Positions 27,215 through 39,400 of a DNA stretch of 64,000 nucleotides are shown here, piece after piece. Made by a program: the position numbers and the translations under genes. The first letter of the stretch is position 1. Each line of letters starts with the position of its first letter. The stretch is from Basidiobolus meristosporus CBS 931.73 (taxonomy: Eukaryota; Fungi; Basidiobolomycota). The notes under the pieces were generated by a model. The model saw only the letters and a list, made by a program, of their open reading frames with translations. It had not been told where the DNA came from and did not search any database. Where the stretch lies: NCBI GenBank assembly GCA_002104905.1, contig MCFE01000496.1, forward strand, positions 2,640 through 66,639, read 5' to 3'.

Positions 27215-28374
27215 TCATTCCAGGAAAGTGCGCTCCGACTCCTCCAGCCTTTTGGCCTCCTCCTTCTTCTTGGCCAGTCGTTGTGCTAAGGGAGGCTCTC
27301 AGTTAACCGGGGGACATGGACAACATCAACCACCAAAGACGTACCTCTAGCCTCGGCCAGCTTTTTCTTCTCCTGCTCCAACGCCTCCTTGGATTTTGTT
27401 ACTTTGATGCCCAGGATGTTCCCTACCAGTCTACGCGCCACCATGTCACTGGTAACCGGGCGTCCGGGGGCGGGGACCCTCACCGGAGTCGACGGGGCTG
27501 TGGAGAAGATCGCGTTACTCGAGACATGAACCAAATGCAACTAAGCTACGACTACGACGGTTCCCAATTCTACGTTACCTTTGTCAAACTTTTCGCCCGG
27601 GTGGGCATCTTCGGTGGACAACTGGCCCAGGGATTTGGTGAGCTCGTCGATTCCCGGCTCCGGAACTTGCCTACGTCTACCTAACTTTGGCTCTGAAAAC
27701 GTGAGTTCGTACCGTGTGGAGGTTCGTTTGCGGCCAAGGACTGGCATCGAATAGCACACCGCCGCTTTTGTTCCTCAACCTACCTGGATGTAGAAGCGCT
27801 GTCGAGCTGCTGGGGGTTGGATCGGTTGCTGCGGCTCCGGGGGTGGGCTTTCTTTCTGGGAAGGGCTTGTTGGGGGAGCTGGGACGACCGCGAGGGCTCC
27901 GATCCTGGCGGTGGGAGGTATGTGAGGACGATCCCTTGTGAGCGTTTCGCGAATTTTTCTGGGGGGTTTTTTTAGCGGTTGTTTCCGGATACACCCTCAG
28001 GGAGGTGGCGTCGAAATCTCGGCCTCGTCGCGGGGGAGGGCACTCTCCGGTAGCTGGTGTAGGGCTCTTTGGCTTGTTCGTATCCAGCTTGGGTTCGTTG
28101 GACTGGGGGGAGGGTTTGGCTTGTCCATCTTGGCCCATACGCTTGAAGCGTGGGACGTACACCTGGGCTTCAGGGTGGAGACTACAAAATTGTGGTTGGA
28201 AAACGTCAGTTTGTTGCGAACCGAACTTGCCCTTGGCAAACCGCCACGATCGCCTCGGAGTCGAGAGCTCTGGGGTTTGGTCCGGGGTGGGGGATAGGGG
28301 CGTTACTTTTTTCTCGTTTCCGACGGGGGGTTTTTCGCCTCCCGGTCGCCAGAACCGCTCTCTGGAGAGGACAT
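27215..28374 (-). CDS. Low-complexity protein with an R3HCC1/R3HCC1L-like C-terminal motif
   Basis: RPVTSDMVARRLVGNILGIK followed by a charged coiled coil, matching my recollection of the R3HCC1L C-terminus (RP.TS..ARRL...LG). About 5 exons inferred from GT-AG pairs. Confidence 0.6.
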
Positions 28375-28788
28375 GGTGAAGTGGGTCGAGCTAGGGGAAC
28401 TAGGGGAACTAGGGGAACCAGGGGAGGGAAGATGGAAATGAGAAAAAGGGGATCGGGATATATCAAGATACGGTTGGAATCTGGGAATTCCAGGTTCTGG
28501 TTCTGGTTCAGCGTCAGCGTCAGCGTCAGCTTCAGCAATAGTCGATTTATTCAATATGGTAGATGTATACAGAAAAAGATCCAACCAAATTTCAGTGCAT
28601 TCTCTGGTCTGGTGAGCATGTCCCCAAGCATGATTCGCTGGATCCATCAACGATATTGTGGTGGCCATGAATCAGTGCACCGGTGATCGAAATTCTAACA
28701 AGCCTCACCAGGGCGTCGGCTGAAAAAGCCCCTCCCCCTCCAAGCACCCACCGTGTTTGATGACTCTTACTGAGCTGATCTGGTATGC

Positions 28789-29497
28789 TCACGAGCGCTG
28801 ACTCTCAAGGTATGGATTGACTGGAGCGTAGCCGCAGGCTTCACAGAGCTTCTCGACTGCCGCATGATCCTCCTTGCACTCCCCCTGTTGCCCCAAATAC
28901 TTACAAGGAAGATCCGTATCTAAAGGCGTGGACATGCAAATGCACAGTTAGTTGAGATCGGTAGTAACCCCGTGGGATGGTGATGTGCTTACGTGCAGCG
29001 TCGCAGTATCTAGCAAGGAAACGACATCAATCAGCCAAGATCAGTGGTTCCAATGAGTTGGTAGGTACTTACGGTGGTGCTTTGGTGTATTTACAATTGC
29101 ATATGCTATAGCGTGCCTGAGACCTCCCGTCAGCCAGCGTTCCCGGGACCACCCACTTCAGAGGCTTGAACTTGGTTCCTTTGTGGCTGGCTAGTGTTTT
29201 CGGTGCAACCAGTCAGCCCCGCATTAATCAAGTGAATGTTTACCGAAACTCCACCCACCATCACACCAGGGTTGCTTCTTGCTTAAGCCGCAAGTGCACC
29301 ACAGCTTGGTTTGGCCAGGCACAAGACCGCAAACGTTGATGGGACCGTACTTCGAGACATGCGTCAGTAGGCGAGAAGAAAACCTGGGCAAGTAAGTGTG
29401 GATGCGGCCAACGTACCATGGGGACACAGGGCTTTAACGCAAGATCCTCGATCTCGACAACCCCATCAGCGCCGGTTTCTTGACATGGAGGAGTCAT
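28789..29497 (-). CDS. Two-motif CDGSH iron-sulfur protein (CISD3/MiNT-like) with a Cys/His C-terminal extension; 5 exons
   Basis: Spliced product contains WCTCGLSKKQPWCDASH and ICNCKYTKAPPYCDAAH, both fitting C-x-C-x9-C-D-x2-H. Confidence 0.88.
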
Positions 29498-30545
29498 GAT
29501 GTTTGAAGGCTAGGCAAGGTGGATCGCTAAGAACAGGTGAGTAGGTGACAGCGCTGAAGGGTGATGGTAATTTTGCGGGGATGGACATCCGCTTTTATAG
29601 TGTGTTGACTGCATGTGAATGGTTACCCCAGTGGCATCACTCATACTGACTGGCATGGCACCCACCCTCATAACCGCCAACCTCCACTGCTTCGTTCGTG
29701 GGAAATTGAGCCCCCTCTAGGAAACTGGCACCATCACCGCTATCTCACGATTTGGGGTGGGTTGAATAGTACCCTGGATGGTGGAGATTTTCCCAGACAA
29801 ACATGCCCGTTGATTGGATGGTGCCAACCACTAGCATCCCTATTGGAGGAGAATTCTTGGTGTCACCATAGGCGAGGCATTCGTTTGATGAAATATAAGA
29901 TTAATCAAGTTTGTACAGTACAGCGTTATCCGACATCTTTCTCATACCAAGAAACGTGTCCATTCGATACACTCTCCTCGGCAAGTTCGTTCGCCCAGAC
30001 GGCCAGCCCTGCGTCCCAGAAGAATGCTCGTACGGAATTGATCGCGTGTCCCGCTCCCGCAAGAGACCACTGCGATGTCAGAGTGGTGTTGTTCAGCGAG
30101 AGAAGTGATTCCCCCAAGGACATGGTCAAGTCCAGCTCATACTGTGCATACATCCCTGCCAACCCCACTGTCCTTAACCAACCTGGCATAAATTAAACGT
30201 TGATTAAGTATTCCCGAAGAATTTGCTCTTTCCGGCCCATCCGGCCCGGTGATTGGTGAAAAATTCTGATCGATGATTTTGCCTGGATGTGGTCCGATTA
30301 CTCAAAAGATATGGGCATTGGCAATTCGCTTCTCTTTCCTTTATTTTCCGGCCTTTAGTTGTACCTCTTTCCCCTTAACAACATATTATGTAAGTGATCA
30401 GTTTCCGTTCATCAATCCGCCCACCCATTCATCCATTCATTTCCCGGGTGTTCCTATCCTGGTCGATGGGCAGCGTTCACCTCGTCCGACTGTCCCCCTC
30501 CCCCCCCATCAACATGACTAACCAATTCGCATCTTCACTAGTAAA

Positions 30546-31455
30546 ATGGCTGATTCTGCACCAACTGAAAACCGTGGTGGTAATGCCCCTCTGAATGCAT
30601 CTCTCCATGCTGTTCGCCTTCTAATCATACTTCATCTATCCAGGACGTGGTGGCTTCGGACGTGGTCGTGGCGGCAGAGGTCGTGGTGGACGCGGCCGCA
30701 GAGGTGGCCGTAACGAAGAAGAGAAGCAATGGTATTGTTCGCATCCATGATCCATCAATCCAAATCCATCCTAACCACCTCTTCCTAGGGTTCCTGTTAC
30801 CAAGCTTGGTCGTCTTGTGAAGGATGGCAAGATCAAGTCCATGGAGCAAATCTACCTCTTCTCCCTCCCCGTCAAGGAGTACCAGATCATTGACTACTTC
30901 CTCCCCACCCTTAAGGATGAGGTCATCAAGATCATGCCCGTCCAAAAACAAACCACTGCTGGTCAAAGAACCCGCTTCAAGGCCTTTGTTCTCATTGGTG
31001 ACTCCGATGGACACGTTGGACTTGGTGTCAAGTGTGCCAAGGAAGTTGCCACTGCCATTCGTGGTGCTATCGTTCTTGCCAAGCTTAGCATCATCCCCGT
31101 TCGTAGAGGTTACTGGGGATCTTCCCTCGGTATGCCACACACCGTCCCCTCCAAGGTCACCGGTAAGTGTGGTTCCACCGTGACCCGTTTGGTTCCTGCC
31201 CCTCGCGGAACTGGTATCGTTGCTGCCCCTACTCCCAAGAAGCTCTTGCAACTTGCTGGTATCACCGATTGTTACACCACCGCCCGTGGTTCCACCCGTA
31301 CCTTGGGTAACTTCGTGAAGGCTACCTTCGCTGCCATCAGCCGTACCTACACCTACTTGACTCCCGATTTGTGGGCCGAGACCGAGTTCGCCGCCGCCCC
31401 TTACCAGGAGTTCTCTGACTACTTGGCCAAGACCCAAGACAAATCCAAGTACTAA
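30546..31455 (+). CDS. RPS2: 40S ribosomal protein S2 (uS5), 2 introns
   Basis: RGG-rich N-terminus, [41 protein letters not shown]. Confidence 0.99.
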
Positions 31456-31666
31456 GCGGCCCTAGCTAGTGCTCGTCCCTCATTTATTCATTACCCAATG
31501 CTCATGATATCTGATTTTTGAGTGAAGTTGAATATGTGTATCTGGTGTGCAGTTTTTTAATCCTCGGGGTTACTTTCCGAAAACAGAAAAAAAAATAAAT
31601 GTGTTTCTACACCATACACTACACTCCCAGGCAAGCCACACCCACCTCACCACAGCGCACCTTCCC

Positions 31667-31919
31667 TTATCTGATCCTGTTGATGGTTCTCATCTCGCAT
31701 ACTCTGCAAATGAGGCTACAGAAGAGGTGACGATTGTTGCTGCCGATGCGGTGCTGGTTACACCTTGACACATCTCTCTGAATCTTATCTGATTGCATGC
31801 GGTCGTGCCAAACGTGAGACGCTGAGTAACTTCATGATTGGAGTGAAGCGACTTGACCTGCACAGCCCTCAACCAACAAACCCTAATTGCTCAACGACCA
31901 AGGGATTCCCTTATCTGAT
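31667..31919 (-). promoter_or_regulatory. Three ATCWGATAA motifs upstream of the FSH1-family gene
   Basis: TTATCTGAT (reverse complement ATCAGATAA) at 31667-31675, 31785-31793 and 31911-31919, each preceded by C. Confidence 0.6.
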
Positions 31920-32258
31920 GGAGCTGATCATCCATTTGGCGGCCTCGATGGCCAATCGGAACGACCTTTCCACACTTGGGAATCGCATTCTCTTTCCCAT
32001 TTAGAGACATGTCAAACAGGAACGCGAACGTGGTGTCAACGTAGCTAGGTTAGGGTCGACGCTCTGGATCGATTTTGGGCAATATCTGGATATTTCCACT
32101 GCACCAGCCTACCAAATCCGACTGGGCAAAATGAATTGCAGAATCTTGTGCCATTTGGAGATCAGAGGAAAACTGGTTTTCCGGACGACTGGTGCTGGAG
32201 GGGCGACGGGTCTGGTGTATATTAAGTCGGGAAAGGCGATTCCCCTCTCAACCACACC

Positions 32259-33373
32259 ATGACTACCAGCAGACGCCTTAAGATCCTTTGCCTGCACGGG
32301 TATACGCAGAACGCCGAGGTCTTCTCCAAGAAGACCAGCGCCTGGAGGAAAGCTTGCGAGGGGTTCGCCGATTTCGGTGGGTGGTTTCTCCGCTATGGGC
32401 TCGGCCGGACCAAAGCTCACCTGGCTTTTTCATTGTTTAGTCTACGTCTCCGCACCCCATACTGCTATCCCTTCTACCGACGGTGGGGCGTACGTCCCGG
32501 GCGCCGCAACAGGTAACTTTTGTCGAGCAGAGGTGGCGAGGCAAGGCGAGATACTCAACGAACCCCTTCCAGATTCCGAAAGGGTGTGGTACATTGTCAA
32601 GGCCGAGGGAACCCTCATATACGACAAGCTTGAGGCTTCGCTGGAGTATTTGGCGCAAGTTTTGGAGAATGAGGTACGCTTCACACTTTGCCTCTTCGCA
32701 GCCAGCCTTTACCTGACCCTTATTGGTCATTCCCAGGGACCCTTCGATGGTATCATTGGCTTCTCACAAGGTACCTGAATTTCTGGCTTCTCCAATCAAC
32801 TACTTGATCAATGACCATCCCCCCCATCCAGGTGCTGCGACGGCCGGTATCTTGTCCGCACTGCTAGAAGGCAGCCAACCCCTCACCGAGAAGTGCCTTC
32901 ATCCACCATTCCGCTTTGGCATTTTCATTGGTGGCTATTTACCTGCGGCCCCCAAGTACTCCCCCCTGTTCGCCACCCCACTGAGCATGCCCAGCCTACA
33001 CCTGATTGGTCGCTACGACACTGTGGTCTCCATAGGTTCGTTCCGGGGGGTTTCACTTCATCAATCCAGTATAGCTACTAACCCGTGAACCCGCACGTTC
33101 AGAGAAAAGCGAGGCACTCTCCAAAGGCTTCCGCAACTCCACCAGCTTGTACCACGACGGAGGGTAAATCCGATCTCATTACCTCGACTCCACCATATCA
33201 TTTCTAACCACCCGGCCCGTTCTATTTCCCTTTCCTACTCTTGCTCTTGCTCTCGCCCTCGCCCTTACTCCGACCTCTGCCCTGGCCTCCGTGCTGTCCA
33301 CAGTCACTTCGTCCCCGCCAGTCCGGCCATCAAAAAGAGCTGCGTGCAATTCATCCAACGATTCTCGCCCTGA
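32259..33373 (+). CDS. FSH1: FSH1/OVCA2-family serine hydrolase, ~6 exons
   Basis: KILCLHGYTQN, nucleophile elbow GPFDGIIGFSQGAA, SLHLIGRYDTVV (Asp), HDGGHFVP (His). Confidence 0.9.
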
Positions 33374-33910
33374 AAGCCATTTTCATCTCGTCTTTCCCCC
33401 CCCCAATGTCCAATAGGAACGATCCAAAACTCGATCGATACTTCATCTTAACCCGGAGCACACACACCCATATACTCACGCAAATCCGTTGAATATATAC
33501 ATCATTTATCATTAATAAATAGAGGAGCTTTCGCATTTGCAATCTGTCCCTGAAGGTTATCCGTCGTCGGGTGGATTGATTTGTCGAGGTTCCGGCCGGG
33601 TGAAACCTGGCGAATCTCTTCCCCTCGTGGTTCCGAGGGATTCATGGATTCTATCTGGTGGTCAGAACGGGTACTTGATCAGAGCAACGAGGGGAGGGGG
33701 GCCGTTTATTGAGTTATTGAGGAGGGTGGTGGTAAGGGGAGTTGAGTTGCGGCTGATGGGGGATCAACTAGATAGGTTTGGCTGCTTGGTGAGCATCTAC
33801 ATCACTGGGCTCGATCTGACCCACCCCTCTAACAAAGTTTTCGTCGGTCACTTGGTGGGAGCACAGTTCCACCGGGTCGTTTACCTCGTTCGAATACGTC
33901 CTTGCCCACT

Positions 33911-35781
33911 CTATAGCGTATCACATTCTCTTCCAATGATCTTCACCTGCTTGGGAAGAAGTGCGCACTCGGTGACCCGGTGGCAGCCCCACACTTTCAA
34001 GCTCTGCAGCGCGGGGCAGTTCTGCCCGAACGCACCGATGATATCGTCGTTCACCGCCCGACACCACGAGAGGTCTAGTTCCTGTAGATTCTCACACTTG
34101 GCCGATGCGAACCTGGTCAGTCCCTCTTCGCTCAGCTCGTCCAGACCGTTCAGATTCAAGTACTGTAGGGCGCTCTTGCTGTGCCCGATCACCGCATCCA
34201 GCACTTCGTCATCGAGGGTTGTACAGCGCGCTAGGTTGATGCCCGTGAACCCCTCGTTCAACGTCCAGTCCGTGAAGAGCTCCTTGACGCCCGAGTTGCT
34301 GATGCCCGAGCAGCCGGCGATATGGAGTTCTCTCAAGCGAGGGCAGCATGGTCGAACACCGTCCAAGAGGAATCGGTCGGTGAGCAGCTGGCAGTCGGAG
34401 ACCCCCAGGTAGGTGAGGTTCGACCCAACATGGTTAAGGATGGAGATCAGGGTGTCGTCGGTAGGGGAGGTCCCGGGATAACTGATGTCGAGAATCTCCA
34501 GCTTGGTCAGTTTTTCGAGGGGTTTCAAGGAGAGGTCGTCCATTTTTCCGCACCGAACCAACCTCACTTCCCGAAGCTCGGGGCACTTTTCCGACAACAC
34601 CTCTACGGTTTGGATGGATAGCTTGGCCGTATGTTCCACGCAGAACTTCTCTAACTGTGGGCCAAGCGCCTCCAACATGGCGATAAATCCCTGGTCTGTG
34701 ATCAAGAATGCCCCACCCAGGGAAAGGGACTTCAATTGTGTGAAGCGTGTCGTATACAGCTTGAGAATATCATCGTTCATCCGACCACAGTAGTTGAGCG
34801 AAAGGCTGACCAGGTTGGGACAGAAGTGAGCGATGCCAGAGAGTCCGGTTTGGTCCAGTTCTACATGGTTCAATAGACGGGTTATGCCTTAGAGTCGACA
34901 GCGGTGGAAAATGGTTTGCTTACTTGTACAGTCGTAGAGACTTAGTTCCTGGTGAATCGGGTCCAAGAACAACTTCAGCGTATGGTTGTTTAGTTGTCGA
35001 TGTTTGCTAATGATCTGAGCGATCTTATCCATATTGTAATCCCCTATATCCCCTAGCGTCTCGACGTCATCGATATACCGACCTATAATCTGGTATAGAG
35101 TCAGCAGCATGTAGATTCCCTCATATGTTACACACAACAATACCTTGATACAGATATCTTGCAGAGTGGGGACCACTCCGTCTTCATCCCAGAAGACAGT
35201 ACCCTTGCCAAGTTTGTTGGCTCGCTTTCTCTTTCTTGGTTTGGCATTCTTGGGCGTCTTCTTACCCTCGGCGCAAGCGGGGCAAAGTTTCCCGGCTCTG
35301 GTTACCTTGGTCGAGCTATTCGTCATGAAGCGGCAGCGACATTGGCCGCAGAATTCGATCCCGTTTCCGGAACTGTAGGCCCGGTTTCTGGACGGGCTCT
35401 TGATGTCGGCCAGAAAGTCGTCGTCGTCGTCGTCTTCGGGGGCTTTCTTCTTGCCAGAGCTACGTCTCCTGCTAGTGGCTTCTTCCACTTCCATGGTGAT
35501 GGTTTCCGCTTCGGGTGTCTCCTCCTCCACCTCTTCCTCCGCGATCTCGACGGGGACATTTGCACTGCTGGAGCTGGCACTTGCCGAAGTACCTGCCTGC
35601 TGCTCGATCTGCGCCTCCAAAGCCTCTCTCTGGCGGCGACGGTGTCTCGCGGTGATGCCTTTTTCCTTCAGGACGGGACCCGGTCAAACCAAACGAGCGA
35701 GGGCAACTACACAAACGAACCTAGACTTACCTCAAGGAAACTGGTCAAAGCGGACCGAGGACCACGCACACCTCTGGACAT
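33911..35781 (-). CDS. RAD7: DNA repair protein Rad7/rhp7 (C4 Zn motif + leucine-rich repeats)
   Basis: MSRGVRGPRSALTSFL start, CGQC...LCPAC, VPTLQDICIK-IIGRYIDDVETLGDIG, then RNI-like LRRs. Confidence 0.88.
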
Positions 35782-36952
35782 GTTTTTCAAAGGGGAGAAG
35801 GTTGCTCTCGAGGGGGGGGGGTGGTAAGTTGGGAATCCTACCGAGGGAAATCCGACCGGTACATATATAGCGTGGAAGAGTTGGGTTTTAATTGGCTTAA
35901 CCGCTTGATAGGTTCAATCGTGGGCTGGAAATCCTCCCCCCCCCTTTGCTGCGGTAGGAGGATCTCCCTTGGATACGGTGGAGCTGGCTTCCAACCCTCT
36001 TCGAAAGAATCCATTCCACTCTATTCCTAAGAATTAGAACACGATCGCACCCGTCACGATTGGACGAAAAATCCCCCCGATCGAATATGGTAAGGGCGCT
36101 GTTTGTCCGGGTGGATTGCGCCACTCTAAGGGTCGGACTCGTTTGTTCGCTATGCTTTCTAATTTCTTGAAGTGGATGGGGAATCTTTCGGAGCCAGACC
36201 TCCCCTGGTGGATGATCTGGCGTGGGATATGCTACGTCGGCATACTCCCCGTATGCTTCTCCCTGGTGATGGCGTTGGTGCTGTGAGCAATTCGGGCATG
36301 CCGCCTTCCGCAAACCATGGATATGGTGAGCACACAACCACCGGGACACAGTGTATATCAGTGACTATCACCAGAACTCCAGCCACATACATTACCGTGC
36401 ACAGAATCTGGAGATGCTTTTGACAAACGGTTCGGAATTTTGGCGTCAATGGTGCATCAAGGGGGTTACTTGTGGCCAAGCGGTTCCAAATGGCATCAAC
36501 AAATCCCCTTGCACCTGGGGCTTTTGGTTGTATGATTGTTTTTGCTCAGGTTGCCAAATCACAGAGGTATCCATTTCCAGTGGTGTAGGGGAGGATACTG
36601 CTTGAAGCAAGTGTGCTTTTCATTTCAGGTATTGCAAAGTGTAGAGCCACTGCATCCTGATCACATGGAATCTGGAACTCCTAACTTTCAAGGGCTTTTC
36701 TGACATTTCTGTCTTTCCACCACATTCATGGTCTCATTGCTCATATGAGAGCCGGTGACTGAACTACGCATCTGACATATTCAAATGTGGGCCAGCATAA
36801 TCCAATTGGGATTCTATATTGATCTTTCATCCAACCCTAATCCAATCTTCTACAGGCTGGGAGTTATGATTAATTAGATGCAAAAGTAGTATTTATACTT
36901 TGGCAAGCTCTTGGCAAACAAGCATGTAAAAAAGGTTTAGGAAGGTCCCAGG

Positions 36953-37395
36953 TGTTGTAAGCATTTGTAATTGCACCAAAACATTCACCTAGCTTAGTCC
37001 CCTGGATCACTGCCTACAAATCTTGGAGAATCCTGACCAAATTCCTTGTTAGGATTGGCTTAGAATATTTTCACCAAAATATCAGATACACAGAACATGA
37101 GATTTTGCAAGGTTGTCTAAAGCAACGCAAACCTTACACACATGCTCTTGGAACCTTCCTAAATATATTCTCTGTGCTTTCCTTGCCAAAACCATGTCAA
37201 AGCATAAATACTACTTATACATTCAATAAATTCTTATGTGACAACCACATAGTTTACCTGTTCTCCCAACCACTTCCAATATCTCCAAAACTCTTAAAAC
37301 AGGCTATATGCCCCAAGCTGTTGCCCTCTGGAATGTCCACTACTATTATCACTGGAATTTCTCCCTCTACTGAAAAGTTGGATGGATCTAACTAC
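36953..37395 (+). mobile_element. Copia 5' LTR (36953-37301) + PBS + first gag codons, truncated
   Basis: TGTTGTAA start, degenerate PBS GGCTATATGCCCC, then MSTTIITGISPSTEKLDGSNY. Confidence 0.85.
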
Positions 37396-37541
37396 TGTAC
37401 AAGTCTTGGAGATATATAGTTTTGGTGGTTTTCACTTGATAATATATTGGATGTAAAAGTGATATTTATGCTTTTACATGGTCTTGGCAAAACCAATACA
37501 TTGAGTACATTTAGGAAGGCCCAAAGTGCATGTGTGCAAAG

Positions 37542-39400
37542 TGTTGTAAAAATTTGCAATTCCACCTAAATATTCACCCAACTTAGTCACTTAGATCATT
37601 GCCTACAAATCTTAGAGTATACTGACCAAATTCCTTGTTGGGATCTACTTAGAATATTGTCAACAAAATATCAGGTGCCTAGAACTTGAGACCTATCAGA
37701 GTGGTTCAAACAGCCCCACACTTTGCACAGATGCTCTTTGGGCCTTCCTAAACATACTCAATGTATTGGTTTTGCCAAGACCATGTAAAGGTATAAATGC
37801 CACTTTTACATCCAATAAATTTATAAATGAAAACCACTAAGTCTACTTGTTCACCCAATCACTTCTAATATCCCCAACACTCTTACCACAGGTTATAAGC
37901 CCCAAGCGGTCACACTCTGCAATGTCTACCACCACTATCACTGGAAATGTTCCCATTGCTAAAAAGTTGGATGGATCTAACAACCAAGTGTGGAAGGTGA
38001 AGATGAAGATGCAGTTGCAGGAAAGAGTTTTGGGATACTGTTATGGGAGAAGAATGCCCTCCTAAAATTGTAAGAGAGGAGGCCTCCAAGTATCAGAAGA
38101 AAGAACAAAGTGCCTTTGACTGCATATGCCTTAATGTCAAAGACAAATTGCTAATTCAATGTACACAAGCAAAAACAACAAAGAATGCCTGGGAGGCATT
38201 AAAAGACCCCTACCAGCCATGTTCAGTGGCCAAGAAAATGTATCTTGGATGAAAATCCTTTACTAAAAAGATGCTGCCAGGAGAAGAAATTAATAATCTA
38301 AGTTAGTAGAACTACCTTAATGGGTATTATGACAGAATCAGTGGCATACAAACTACTAATGAAAACATGATTGTTACCATCCTGAATAGCCTGAAAGATA
38401 TGTTTCAGGGCCTTGTATCTGCCCCAGAGTCCAGAACTAGAGATTGAATCTTTCATTATGTATATGAAAGGAACTTGGACAGAGAATTAAAAAAATCAAG
38501 TGCCAATGAGAAGGAAGAAGATGCTTTAATCAGCACTGGTGGCCAACAAAAGAGGTATTCAAGATTACTTAAAAGCAACAGCAACCTGTTTTGCAGCTAA
38601 TGCAAACCAAAAGGTCACACATCAGACTGGTGCCTCAAAACAAGTAATAATCAGCTAAAAAGCCTAAATATGGGAATGCAGCAACAACTGATGATAGAGT
38701 ATTCATATCTGCAACAAATATGACTACAAAGAAGTATTCATAGATGTGGTATACTGACTCTGGAGCATCTCAGTACTTCACACACCAAAATGAACTTTTT
38801 ACCCAATATCAAGAAATTGCAATCAAGAAGGTTTTCATGGGTGACAATAGAATATTTGATGCAGTTAGAGAGGGAACAATCCAAGTCAACCTCAGAAGTA
38901 GTGAAGGAAGCCTCATATGCACCCTCAAAGAAGTAGTCTATGTACCAGAAATAGCCAAGAACCTACTATCTGTAAGCTAGGCAACAGCAGAAGGACTCAG
39001 CTTTAGTTTTGACAATTCTTGATGTAGGATCCCTAATTGGAATGGTGCTCATCTTGCTTTGGGTATCAAAGATCAGAATCAATATAAGCTGACTTCTATT
39101 CCATCATATTGGCAAGCTAATATTTGCAACCTTAATGATGAAACACAAACACTTTGGCACAGGAGATTTGAACACATCAATTTGACTATTTATGACTAAA
39201 AATCTGCTAGTTGCTGGAGTACAAACTGACCCCAAGCCATATTGAAGCACTTTAAAGCCTACATAAATGAGAAACAAGCCAGAATAATGTCAAAGAGCTC
39301 TGGGTTGATCAGCACTAAGAAAAATTAGATCTAATACCCTCACATTTATGTGGACTAATGCAAAATTACCCTTAGTTAGAATGACATATCCCTATGAGAA
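37542..39400 (+). mobile_element. Decayed Copia element: LTR 37542-37890, PBS, gag, protease, GAG-pre-integrase
   Basis: PBS GGTTATAAGCCCC, KLDGSNNQVWKVKMKMQL, WYTDSGASQYFT, LWHRRFEH. Many stops and frameshifts. Confidence 0.9.

Noticed and set aside
29615-30196. 193-aa ORF or ncRNA between the CDGSH gene and RPS2; contains CTCATAACC
   Set aside because: No ATG start context or known motif. The anticodon-like 9-mer lacks tRNA stems.
30625-31437. 270-aa minus-strand ORF
   Set aside because: Antisense shadow of the codon-biased RPS2 gene.
33537-35870. Several long plus-strand ORFs (291, 222 and 156 aa)
   Set aside because: They overlap RAD7 on the opposite strand and show no domain-like features.
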